The notes beneath the pieces are model-generated. The model was not told the DNA's origin. It saw nothing but the letters and a program-made list of their open reading frames with translations, and did not search any database. Below, piece by piece: positions 52,479 to 64,000 of a stretch of DNA of 64,000 bases. Made by a program: the position numbers and the translations under genes. Location: positions 97,402,001-97,466,000 of the forward strand of contig OX597823.1 in assembly GCA_951406725.2 (NCBI GenBank). The letters are read 5' to 3'. Every line of letters begins with the position of its first letter. Within the stretch, counting starts at the first letter, position 1. The stretch comes from Octopus vulgaris. Lineage: Eukaryota.

Positions 52479-54937
52479 CTGGCAAAGGATTAATGAACAA
52501 ATTAAATTCAAATCAAAATAAATATATAAATATATAAAAGTGGTCTACAATTCAAGGAATATAGTTTGAAGGAATCTGTCTTCTTAACTTAAAAACAAGT
52601 GTAGCATTCTGCCATTAACAAGAAACTATTCAAATAAGTTATCTGAGAAGCAAAATCATCATCATCATCGTCATTTAACGTCCACTTTCCATGCTAGCAT
52701 GGGTTGGACGGTTTGACTGTGGGCTGGCGAACCAGATGGCTGCACCAGGCTCCAGTCTTGATCTGGCAGAGTTTCTACAGCTTGATGCCCTTCTTAACGC
52801 CAACGCCAACCCCTCCGAGAGTGTAGTGGGTGCTTTTTACGTGACACTGGCACGGGGGCCAATCAGGCAGTACTGGCAATGACCTTGCTCGAATTTTTTA
52901 CACACACCAACGGCACAGGTGCCAGTAAGGCGATGCTAGTAACGATCCCACTCGAATGGTGCCTTCTACATGCCACCAGCACGGAAGCCAGTTAGCCGCT
53001 CTGGCAACGATCACACTCGGATGGTGTCTTTTATGTGCCACTGGCACGGAAGCCAGTTAGCCGCTCTGTCGACGATCATGCTCGTATGGTGGACTCATTC
53101 CAACTGGAGTTGATTATTTATTGAGATTATGAAATAAAAGATAAAAAATGAACTTAATGACATTTTAATTTTCCCCTAAATCTTAAGGTTAAACACATTA
53201 TGAGTGTTGAGTTTCACAGATCAGAAGATCTAGAACTAAGATGGCTGACAGGATGATATATAAAAGACATAGCCTATTTATGTCAAGTTAGGAAAAACAG
53301 TAATGATAAATGATGATAAATTTGGTGTTTGATTGATTAAATAAACCTAAATCATTGATAGTACTTATTTTACTAGCATTGCTTTACTGGCACCCGTGCC
53401 GGTGGCATGTGTAAAAGATTTGAGCGAGGTTGTTGCCAGTGCTGCCTGATTGGCACCTGTGCCGGTGGCACATAAAAGCACCTACTACACTCTTGGAGTG
53501 GTTGGTGTTAGGAAGAGCACCCAGCTGTAGAAACTCTGCCAGATCAAGATTGAAGCCTGGTGCAGCCATCTGGTTCGCCAGCCCTCAGACAAATTGTCCA
53601 ACCCATGCTAGCATGGAAAGCGGACGTTAAACGATGATGATGATGATGTAAGGATGAAAAAAAATCAAGCCTTGTTGTTTATGACTTGAGAATTTTGTGG
53701 GATATAAGTAAATATTGTAAAACGTTTTGTCTGCTATTCACGATTACTGATGGAAACAGAATCCATACAGTATAGCATTTTGTATACCTTACTTAATATG
53801 GATATAAGAAAGCTACAACGCTATAGCATTCATTTTGAGGAAGTACCTCATATAAGATATGTAGTGCTAAAAAGCACAGAAATACTAGTAGGAAATGAAA
53901 GTTACCCAGAAGTGATGGTGGAATTGCTAGATCCTCTCTATAGCAAATATTCACATCCACTGCATGCTTAGACAAATTTCACTTCCACTGATATAGAAAA
54001 ACAGTGATTAAGAAATTGTTGGTATCACAAATAGCTGGTAGGCTGGGTAAAAATTTGTTAATGATAAAAGCTGTATCAGTTCAGAATATCCTTCTGTATA
54101 TCTTACTTTACATGGATATACTGTATGAAAACCTTAACATACCAGATATTTGTGACATCAGTGATTTGGTAATAACTGTTTCTCAGTATCAGTAGAGGTA
54201 AAATTTGTCTAAGCATGTTGTTGAAATTTGTCTTATTATGTAATTGATGCTACTGATGATGTGCAAACATGCAGAAATTTCAGATCTAGCAATTCTGCTA
54301 CCACTGCTAGAAACTTTTCATATCCTACTAATATGTTTGTGCTTTTTAACATTATATGCCTATATGAGATGCCTTCTCAAGACAAATATCACAGTATTGT
54401 GACTTTAGTACTATATAGTACTATATATCCATGTAAAGTAAGATATACAAGATGCTGTATAATCTGCATTGCTATTATTGTTGATTTGACAAATATTGAC
54501 ATCAAATTTTGGCACAAGGCCAGCAGTTTCAGAGGAGGTGGTAAGTTGATTATCTTGCTAACAATTCTGCCAGCTCACTGCCTTTGACTCGAAAAATACT
54601 AAATGTTAATTAATTTTTAAAGACACTTTTAGTATTTGAAAATCAGAAAAAAAGCAAATCCCTTCTAAGCCTTGAAGGGACCTGTAGTTTAAATTTTAGA
54701 GCATAGAGCAACTGACTGACAAATATCCTTCATTGGAGAAGTGGTCCAGTTATTATTTGGTACTTTTATTGGATCATATACACCCAGAAATGAAAACAAA
54801 AAAATACATTCCTTGAAAAAAGCCTGTTGCAATATTGGCTGTTCTGAACTAAATCCCAAGTCCTAAAACCTTTGCATTTATTATTTGCTCAGTTAACACT
54901 AATCAAGTTATATTAAGAACAACTAGCAATAACTTAC

Positions 54938-55108
54938 CACTTTCGTTAACAGCTTCAGACAGAGCAATGACCAAGCCCCATTGTACTGGTCTTCCAAATG
55001 TGAAATCTCTAAAGAACTTACTGGGCAGGTTTATAGCAATCTGCCTGCTACTGTCCTCAACTTCTTCATTTGATCTTGTAACAAACACATTATCTGGTAC
55101 CACAGGAA
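54938..55108 (-). CDS. R3 RPTP extracellular exon (IPVVPDNVFV...RQIAINLPSKFFRDFTFGRPVQWGLVIA)
   Basis: cag / gtaagt, 171 nt, phase 1-1. Confidence 0.9.
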
Positions 55109-55206
55109 CTGTTTAAGTTGAAAAAATTAAAATATCAGAGAGAATTTTGAAATATAGACAATATATTATGAAACATTGACAGAAAACGAGCACTGTTAAA
55201 ACTTAC

Positions 55207-55273
55207 TTTGAGGTTTGACATAAACGGTTTTGTTCCTTGTGTCACCTAATCCTTTTGAAGTTTCTGCACGTAT
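55207..55273 (-). CDS. R3 RPTP FN3 exon (IRAETSKGLGDTRNKTVYVKPQ)
   Basis: cag / gtaagt, 67 nt, phase 0-1; FN3 F/G strands. Confidence 0.9.
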
Positions 55274-55704
55274 CTGAAATAAAAGACATTAGCTTTGTAG
55301 TCAAATTTTGTTTTCAGTGTTTTATTTATTAAAATTCTATGCCATAGTTTCTACAGATATATATATTTAAAAATACTTTTTCAGATTATTATGGTTTATG
55401 AGGTCATTTCTTAAATTTACTTTTAAATGGTGTTTATTGAGATTGTAACTGGTACACAACCCCAACCAAAAGCAAACATTGACAAACACCTAGGGGCAAA
55501 ACAAATACTTTGTAAATAGCTTATTCTGTTGGAAAGAATGCAACCAATAATTTCGTTACCATGAAACCTGATATCCCAGATAATTATTGTAGATATTTCT
55601 TCCATATAGTTAGTGTTATAGGAATTTTTCCTAGTTTTTTCTTTTACTGTTTTTTTAAAAATATATTTTTAAATTGCACATTTTATTGATGTACTAATAC
55701 TCCT

Positions 55705-55975
55705 TCATTCATCATTGTTCAACTGTGGTCAAGACAACGGAATTTACCGTGCCACACCAGACCCCACGGTCCATCATAGCATTACGGAGGTGCTGTTGCT
55801 GGATGCCTGTATTCCTGGAGATTACATCAGGGTAGGAGAGTGTGCGCCCTCTGGTGTTGCGAGCAGATGGCTTCCAGAGGAGAAGAGTAGAAATTACCTC
55901 GTTTTCAGCTCTACAACAATGTCCAGCAAACTGGACTCTTCTACCTTTCACAAGGGATAATACAGGTGGTAGTTA
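55705..55975 (-). mobile_element. RTE-type LINE 3' fragment of a different family
   Basis: RRVQFAGHCCRA...LLLWKP...GR. Confidence 0.65.
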
Positions 55976-56807
55976 CAAATATATGGGAAACTACCACCTG
56001 TATCACTAATACTCCAATACTGTTTGGTTATTACTGGATGTTGTAAAGATACTCAGATAAAAGTTGTAGGTTGCTTTTTGCACCACAGAAGTATGTTTGA
56101 ATAATAATAAACAAAACAAAACAGTGTCAACAATTATTATGAAGATCAAATCTCTCCTCCATCTCTCTTTAGATTTATATTCATTGTATAGTTGGTAATT
56201 TATAACAGTATACATTAAGATACCTACAGAGATAATCAACATTCCTATCAAGATATATTTACAGCCAGTCACATATTGTGGTGGCTGTGACAGAATGTTG
56301 GTAACCATTAAAAGAAAAACCTTTGTTTTTATGCTGAAATACAAACAGAAAACATCTGGAGATGTCTTAATTGTGTCTGAAATCTTGCCTGATAATCAGA
56401 CCATTAAAAGACATCCTCTAACATCATTTCATACCATTTTTTTCTTTGTCTAACATACATCCTGCGAGAAACACCCAATACACAATTCCTATAAATCTCT
56501 TTCTCTTTCTTGTAAAAGCACTGATACACTGCAGAGATAACAAATTTCGATACAAATATATATTGGATAAATATGTTGATTTAAGAAAATATTTTTATCT
56601 TTTCCATCCTTTAATGTTGCTTTGCAAACTTTTTCCAACACCTTTTACTCTCATCCATAACATTTATCTCATTGCTATTATTGTTGAGCCTGACTTGAAC
56701 ACAACAATATCAGTATGTTATTCTAAGTTATTAGCATAATGCTCAAGAAAAGAATCTCAGCCATGATTTATTTACAAAGCATTTTTGATATATTGATTGA
56801 ACTTAAT

Positions 56808-57115
56808 ATTGGGTCATCCCATAAATAATGCGGTTATTTTTCAGTTGCATGAATTAAAGTTGGAGGGGAATGGGATAAACTACTGCATCAACTTGCTATA
56901 AAAACAGGTAGTAATTTTACCTTGTACTTATTCTTAGTGCAAGTTTTGAAGAATGCAGTTCGATTTTAACAGTCATTTTTACAAATCTATAATGAAAGTG
57001 ACAAAGGAGCATGTCTGGCATATTTTGCTTTATGAGTTCAATAAAGACAACAACACAATGGAAAATGTGAGGAATATTAATGCAGTATATGGGGATTGGA
57101 CAATATACATAACAA
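56808..57115 (+). mobile_element. mariner 5' fragment
   Basis: TA|TTGGGTCATCCCATAA TIR-like start; HVWHILLYEFNK...RNINAVYG resembles the Mos1-type HTH. Confidence 0.7.
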
Positions 57116-57982
57116 TATGCAATATGCATAAGTTGATTGTACAAACTCATTAGGAAGACAATGATTCTTGTAGCTAAACTTATATTATTATATATGTTAT
57201 ATAGTATATTGTATATTTTAAAATGACTTATTGTTTTGTTTAAAAATTATCAGTTATAATTGGCTGTTTAAAGAAAGTGTATGAAACTGTTGGTAATAAT
57301 AAATTGTTATATTCACACACACACAAACACACAGACACACACAGATACAGACACACACACACACACACACACAAACACACAGACACACAGAGACAGACAC
57401 ACAGACACTCACACACAAACACATAGACACACAGAGACACAGACACAGACACACACACACACGCACACACAACTCTTTATTGGGCAAAAAAAAAAGAAAC
57501 ATCAAAATATGGTAATGAAAGCAGTAAGTATATTATGATATAGTGAGTCTGTTTACATTCTTAGAAATCGTTGCAGGTTTTGAGATAGTTCTTCTCTATC
57601 GGAATATATGAACATATAGCTGACCAAAACTTGTCAAACTATGTTATAGAAATGTATTCATTCATTGTTGAATTATTTACTTCATAACATTCATAATCAG
57701 TGATGACAATGGGTCTTAGGAAGTTGGGGTACTCTAATGTCTGGGAGGCTGAAGTTGAGAAGAAGCAGGAGCAGAAAGATATTATATTAACTCCACTTCT
57801 TCATGAGCTGAAAAGTTGGAAATGCTGTCTCCATTGCATAATCCCTCACATTTCAAACACTGGCCTATTTATTCTGAGCTTACAGAAGGGTGAACTGGAC
57901 CACTGAAAGTTAAATACTAGAAACACTATTCTGTGCCTGTCACAGGATACAGATCATGGAAACCTTTGGACAACTGACCAAC

Positions 57983-58395
57983 GGATCTTTTCGGATTGAA
58001 CGGCAGTTTTTTCTAGCAGTGTCATATGAAATTGTCACCCATAATTATGACCCTAGTATCGGTGTATTGCATTTCAATCTATTTTAGGGTTAGGGGTGGG
58101 AGGAAGGGTACCTTTTTTTCTTCACAAATGTAAATAAACCCAATCTGTTTCTTAAACGAGAGATATATTCATACGGCACAGAATGTTTTTTTTACCTCAA
58201 TAGACGTCAGTGACTGGTTGAAATTGCAGAAATTGAAGAAAAAAAACAACAAATATCTTACAAACTATAGAATTTTCTCAATAAAGCCAAAAGAAAAAGA
58301 TGTTTTATAAACACATTCTACCAGTATACAACGTTTAAAATTTTTTAGTTACCTAGAAATTATGTTAAAAACTGTCGTTCAAACCGAAAAGATCC
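57983..58395 (+). mobile_element. 413-bp MITE with ~28-bp TIRs and a 9-bp TSD
   Basis: TIR GGATCTTTTCGGATTGAACGGCAGTTTT; TSD CTGACCAAC at 57974-57982 and 58396-58404. Confidence 0.92.
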
Positions 58396-58511
58396 CTGAC
58401 CAACATCCCAATGATTTGAATTAGTTTGACTCTTAATAGTTACATTGATATTTAGTACTACATTATAATTATGTCAAGAATCTATGTTTATTGCAAAGAG
58501 ATGCCACTTAC

Positions 58512-58586
58512 CTGTATTGTGTAGCTATGCTCTCCTAATGCAATCATCATGGTTGAGAACAGAGTAGCATTAACACATATTTTCTT
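58512..58586 (-). CDS. R3 RPTP FN3 middle exon (KKICVNATLFSTMMIALGEHSYTIQ)
   Basis: tag / gtaagt, 75 nt, phase 0-0; joins the next exon to give YTIQIRAETSKG. Confidence 0.88.
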
Positions 58587-58614
58587 CTACATAAAAGAAT
58601 CAATACAAAATTAA

Positions 58615-58834
58615 CGCTTTAGCATTCAGATTAATTAATCAAATGTAATGCTTATTTATACACATTAAAAAAAATTAATCATATATTATCTTATAGCTTC
58701 AAGATTTCAATGATGTGATTGTCTATTTTTAGAATGACACTGAAGGGTAGGTCTGAGAGGCTTGATCTGGGAGATTTGAACGTAAAACAAGTAAAATATT
58801 TGGACTGGACATGGCCAGTTTTAATGCTAAAGGA
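58615..58834. mobile_element. piggyBac-like MITE
   Basis: TTAA|CGCTTTAGCATT...AATGCTAAAGGA|TTAA. Confidence 0.6.
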
Positions 58835-58970
58835 TTAATGTGCATAAGCTTGGAACTTCAGATGGTAATATTTTTTTAAGATTGGGCATAAAGTCACAAA
58901 ACTGCATTGGGAGGAGGGTGTTTGTTAAATAAGTTTATCTCACTTCTTGACTGCTGCATTATACTATTTC

Positions 58971-59536
58971 AGGTATCAGGGAACTTTTTTAACCAATTAC
59001 CCCAAAATATAATTATGCTGATGTTACCCCCATGATTTGAAAAGAAGCAAATCATAGATTCTTTGAATTCAAAAGGTTTTTTGAATCTATTTATATGTAG
59101 AATACAATTATAAATATAAAACGTATAAAACAAATGTGATAAAATAAATTAATATCCTCGTTATGAAACAAAAAGGTTTTTCTGGAAACCTTTTCATTTC
59201 AGGTTTTGGAGAAACGATGTTTCAATTTTGCTACAATTGCATCAAAATTAGGGCATTTTGATGCCAGAGCAATTTGGATACAGTCTTCGGGGTCCAATTG
59301 ATTTCTCTCCTTTGTTTTTATGTTCATTAGAGTGGAAAATCCTTGTTCACAAAGGTAGGCTGTTACAAAAGGCAACAACTTTTTGACTGCCTCCTCATAT
59401 CAGAAGAAAAATTTCTGCTATAACAAGGAATACATTTTCTTATATAATTTTACTTATGTCTAATGAGTTCACATTACCCACAAGAATTTCATTTTTACCC
59501 CACTTGGGGTAATTTACCCCAGTTTGGTGACTCCTG
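58971..59536 (-). mobile_element. Internally deleted hAT (Charlie/Buster-like)
   Basis: AVKKLLPFVTAYLCEQGFSTLMNIKTKERNQL at ~59210-59400; CAGG-type ends. Confidence 0.75.
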
Positions 59537-61088
59537 TACAATTGGCTCCAGTTCTTGACTGGTACTTTATATTATTGGGTACAGTTCTTAACTGCCAATT
59601 ATTGAGCTGTCCATGGAAGGAAAAAAGGTAAAGATGATTAGGTGGAATTTGATATCAGAATGTAAAGGGATGAAACGAACACCGCAATAAATCCACTACA
59701 TTTCCATACAACAAATTTGTTCCAAAAATAAAAGAAAAGAAGAACTTCTTTTATTTCAGTAAGTCATCCCATTTAATACCATCACACTGCTTTGTGTGCC
59801 TTTAGCAGAGTCCATTCTGTTGCAAGCATCCAGAGTAGTCTCCATCCAAGTATTTTTTGCAGAAATTGAATTAAAGGTGTTGAGATTAAGTTTCAGCTGT
59901 ATTAATCTCATAAATATAGGAGTGAAGCTTGCAAATTTGGGAGTCACATTCTTAACTCCACTGACTATATAAAAGTTTGAGAGAAATTTGGTTGCTATTT
60001 CTTGCAGATCACGAAACTATGTATAAATTGCTTCCTCAAATAAATATTAGCTGTGAGAGTGCAGGATTTCCCAGTTGATAGCATTTTATATTGGGACAGA
60101 TAAATTTTGAATGGACAACTATAACACTGGCCACATTTCTAAGTCACAAAGTAAACTACAGATCCTCATTTTGTCAGAAGAACTTTGTGAAAGACATTCA
60201 TTGCACAAGTTAATGAGGACCTATGATGGTTGTAATATAAGATTTTAAGGAGCTGCTGACCTTGCCAAAGATAGGGAACACTGATAAAAGCAGATTAGCC
60301 AGTGTAGAGTATACAATATCTCTTACATTTTTGACTTACTTATGGAAACAGAAAAGGAATCACAAGAAAGACTGAACATTGTGGGAAGAGATTGCTGGCA
60401 CAATATCCAATCCTTCTTCTTGATTGCAAAATACGTTTCCTGAAAGAAAGATTGCAACTTAACATTTGGATCTTACAAAACATTTTTAGTTTTTACTGTG
60501 CTGTTGTTACTCAGAACATCTAACTATATTTTCCTGTGGTGCCTACTTATCTCCTAGCCAACAAAGGAGCACCTAAGCAGTTACTTGTGAAGCTAGAAAT
60601 AATAACCACATTTCCTTCAACTCATGTTCCATTATCTTAAAAAAAAATAAAGGATACACAGGATAATGTAGTTTAATATACATTCTGATGGAGAAAAAGA
60701 AAATGATGTAATGGTCATGGCTAGAATCCCTTTGATCATAAGTCTGTGCAATCAAGACTGACTTGGAGCTAAGCTACAACACAACAACTCACCTGGATTT
60801 TGCTGCTATTGATAGGATAGTTAAATTTTTTGATATTGGTTGCAATGCAATTCCTGTAAGAGGAAAAAAACTGCCAACTACTTAGCTGGCTGCTTTAACC
60901 ACCCATCAGCTGAGTATTCTATCAACTGTCTGTGTGTGTGTGTGTGTGTGTATTTATATATATAGCATGGTGGTATCTCTTAGGTATTCTTAATTATAAT
61001 TTTAATAATAATTATTACCTATGAGGTTTTTATTCCCACGTTAGCTACCTGATATGATCGGTATTTTAAATAATGATCTTATCTTTAT

Positions 61089-61157
<69 letters not shown>

Positions 61158-61339
61158 CAATGGTGTAGCTGTGTGGTAAGAAGCTTGCTTCCCAACCATA
61201 TGGTTCTAGGCTCAGCTCCACAGTGTGGTACTTTGGGCAGGTGTCTTCTACTATAGCCTTGGGCTGACCAATGCCTTCTGAATGGATTTGGTTGATGGAA
61301 ACTGAAAGAAGCCCATCATGTATATATATATATATATAT

Positions 61340-62809
61340 GTCATCTATAGTGCAGCATTGCATTGTCTAATTTTGATTTGGAAGTGCTTGGAATCTTGAT
61401 CAGTTGATGACAACAGTTTCTTCAATGGCTCTGGAGGTTAGGGGATTGCAGGGAGTATAACCTTTCCACCACTGCGGCACAGTGCAGGTGTCTCTCCAGG
61501 CCACTTCCTTGCTTTACAATGTATGCACTCAGTTGTCATTGCACCAATGGAAACTCTAGTGCCATCTGCATAATGAACCACTGCTTCATAGAAGTTGCCT
61601 CTCTGAGATGATGCAACTGCTCTTCATTCTGCAGTGGAGATCCTATTCCTAGTCAGTCATGCATACCTCTGTTCATCACTTTGAGATGATCTGGCTTTTG
61701 TAATGCACAGTCTATTCGTTTCTTGGTATGCTTCCCTTTCTGCAGCTGTCTCTCTTTCTCTGGACAGAGACATTAATTTGGCTGACATTGACATTATAGA
61801 TAAATTTGACGCTTTCTTTCTAGGTATCGTTATATATGTTTATAGAAATACATGGGTGCAGAAGATAGTGAACAATGAAAATAACTGGGTAAAAGAAATC
61901 ATATTTCTTAATATGATGGGCAGAAAGTAAATAAGAATTTTTTACAGGAAATAAAGAATTGTATGGGTCTAAGTGAAATTTGTCACTTTGTAAACCAAAG
62001 AGCCAGTATTGAAGGAACCAGAAAAAAAACTGTTAACAACAGAAAAACACAAAACTGTTGCAAAAGTAAATAAGAAATTTTTAGGGAAATTAACTAAGTG
62101 TACGGATTTAAATGAAATTTCTGAAGTTACTTCTGACAGTAAATTATGAACTTACTTTTATCAGTAATTCCATAAAAAAAAAGCACAAAATATTACGAAA
62201 GTAAAATAACAAATTTGTAGGGAAATTTAACGAAGTGTATGGATTGAAGTGAAATTTATGAAGTTACTTCTGTCAGTAAATTATGTCTGAAATTACTTTC
62301 ATCAGTAATTGTGAACTTTTTTCTGTTAGTAATTTGTTGTTGTTGTTTGTAAATAGCAATTAAAAACTTACAGTGAAAACAATAGCATCTGAAAAAGGAA
62401 AGTGAAAACAATAGAGAGTGAGATATAGAGAGGGGAGAGAGAGCTAGCTAGTTAGACAAATAAGATAGATATAGATATAGACAGATAGATATAGAGAGAT
62501 AGATAGAGATGGAGATGGATAGAGAAATATAGATAGAGAGATAAATAAAGAGATGGAAATAGACAGAGATAAATAGAGAGATATAGATAGAGATACAGAC
62601 ATCACTGATACTAGAAAACTGGAAGTAAATATTTAAAAAACTTTCATAGATGTGAATCTAATGTAAAAAGCAATATTTTTTTTTTTTTGATAAAAAAATC
62701 AAATGGGAGCCTAACATGTGTCCGAGGTCAAAATATGGAAGCAATTGGTGTAACTGTTTTCACGTGAAAAGTGAATACACACATACTCTATTCTATATAT
62801 TAGATAAGA
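61340..62809 (-). mobile_element. Helitron 5' portion with decayed RepHel N-terminus (61340-61827)
   Basis: PRKKASNLS...; IGAMTTECIHCKARKWPGE..LC..GKVILP...PPEPLKKLL...SKHF..IR; TC-start-like terminus near 62804-62809. Confidence 0.75.
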
Positions 62810-63242
62810 TTGTGATAATTTTTTGACCAATGAATGTAAGGGAGACAATCAATTTCTGAAAGTTACTTCACAAAGAGTTACCTCCCTTTTGCAAGTAACC
62901 TAGGAATGGGTGTTTTCTGCCACCAAGGGGCCCATTACTCATGTGAAAAATTTTAAGCGTCTAAAACCATCTCTGGAACGTAAGTAATGTATGTTTCCAG
63001 TTCGGAGAAAATCTGATGAAAATTATGGCCGTTATAATCTTTTACACACACACACACACAGAACAGGATTTATCTTATAGATTTACATGCATACATACAT
63101 ACAGACAGACAGACATAGCTATCTATTTATCTAGCTAGCTAGATAGATAGAAAGATAGATAGATAGATAGATTGATAGATAGATAGATGGATGGATGGAT
63201 AGACAGTAAAACCGATAGATAGATAGATGGATAGATAGATAA

Positions 63243-63530
63243 GTTTCTTTATTGGCCACACAGGGCTGCACACAGATGGGACAAATTACAAGGTAGAGCT
63301 TTTCTTTTGGGGGATGAAAAAAAAAAGTGGCGTAGGTTTTCGATCAAAAGGGATCGTAAAAGGGAAAAAAGAAAAAAAGAAAAAAGAGGAAAAGAAACAA
63401 AAGAAAAGAAAGAAGAAAATAGAGGAAAAAAGGGGAAGAGGAAAAAAAACGATCAATAGGGATCGTGTATCATAGTGTCATGATGTACGGTGTAAAGGGG
63501 GAAGCAGATAAGGTTTATCCGTGGGAAGAT
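63243..63530 (-). mobile_element. Probable non-LTR retrotransposon 3' UTR (L1/Tx1-like) inserted in a (GATA)n tract
   Basis: U-rich on the minus strand, ending in AATAAAGAAA; flanked by GATA repeats. Confidence 0.45.
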
Positions 63531-63644
63531 AGATAGATAGATACAGATATGGATTTATATACATAAATATTTGTGTGTGTGTGTGTGTGTGTGTATATAA
63601 GTTTGGATACATACTGTCAGATTATATTGAAGAGAGTAACTTAC

Positions 63645-63793
63645 TTTGTCATCATTATCAGCCCAATAAGTTATTTCATATTTAGTGATAATACCATTTT
63701 CATCTTCAGGAAGTGGTTTCTTCCACGTAACCAGTAATGCAATATAGCAGGAATAATTGACATAAATATCCAAACTTTTGACTGGTCCAGGCG
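63645..63793 (-). CDS. R3 RPTP FN3 first-half exon (PGPVKSLDIYV...LLVTWKKPLPEDENGIITKYEITY)
   Basis: cag / gtaagt, 149 nt, phase 1-0; FN3 WxxP...NGxIxxY motif. Confidence 0.93.
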
Positions 63794-64000
63794 CTGCATT
63801 CAGGACAAAGAGATAAAATTTTATTTAGGTCTAACAATATTATGCAGTATTATCAAGTGTTGTGTGCTGGAATATGATTTGGTTTGATTGTGGTGAAATG
63901 TGATAAATTGTAATGTAATGTGGTGTAGCATGCTGGAATGTAGTATTGTGTGTTGAGGTGAGGTAAAATATGATGTAGTATTCATGTGATGCAATATGGT

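Noticed and set aside
56006-56344. 112-aa hydrophobic ORF
   Set aside because: AT-rich intronic sequence, no usable splice sites, not needed for the gene model

Overview
AT-rich, repeat-dense eukaryotic DNA. The SINE, RTE-LINE and microsatellite content suggests an octopus (coleoid cephalopod) genome; this is an inference. The main gene is on the minus strand: the 3' part of an R3-subfamily receptor protein tyrosine phosphatase (PTP10D/PTPRB/PTPRJ-like). I reconstructed 18 phase-consistent GT-AG exons from 63793 down to a stop at 11883. They encode an FN3 repeat, a CNGxLKP juxtamembrane module, a TM helix, one intact PTP domain ([23 protein letters not shown]-loop) and a C-terminal YMN motif; the 5' end of the gene lies beyond the window. 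Downstream of the gene, a decayed Ty3/Gypsy element (5-bp TSD, -1 frameshift site) is nested in a hAT transposase. The introns hold RTE LINEs, tRNA-derived SINEs, Tc1/mariner, hAT, piggyBac-like and 9-bp-TSD MITEs, a Helitron remnant and a solo LTR. The most unusual signal is a set of Penelope-like (PLE) terminal fragments with minimal type I hammerhead ribozyme motifs. One is a structurally complete U3-A8 variant at the centre of a near-perfect ~370-bp palindrome. Another follows a GIY-YIG remnant and a tRNA-like module.
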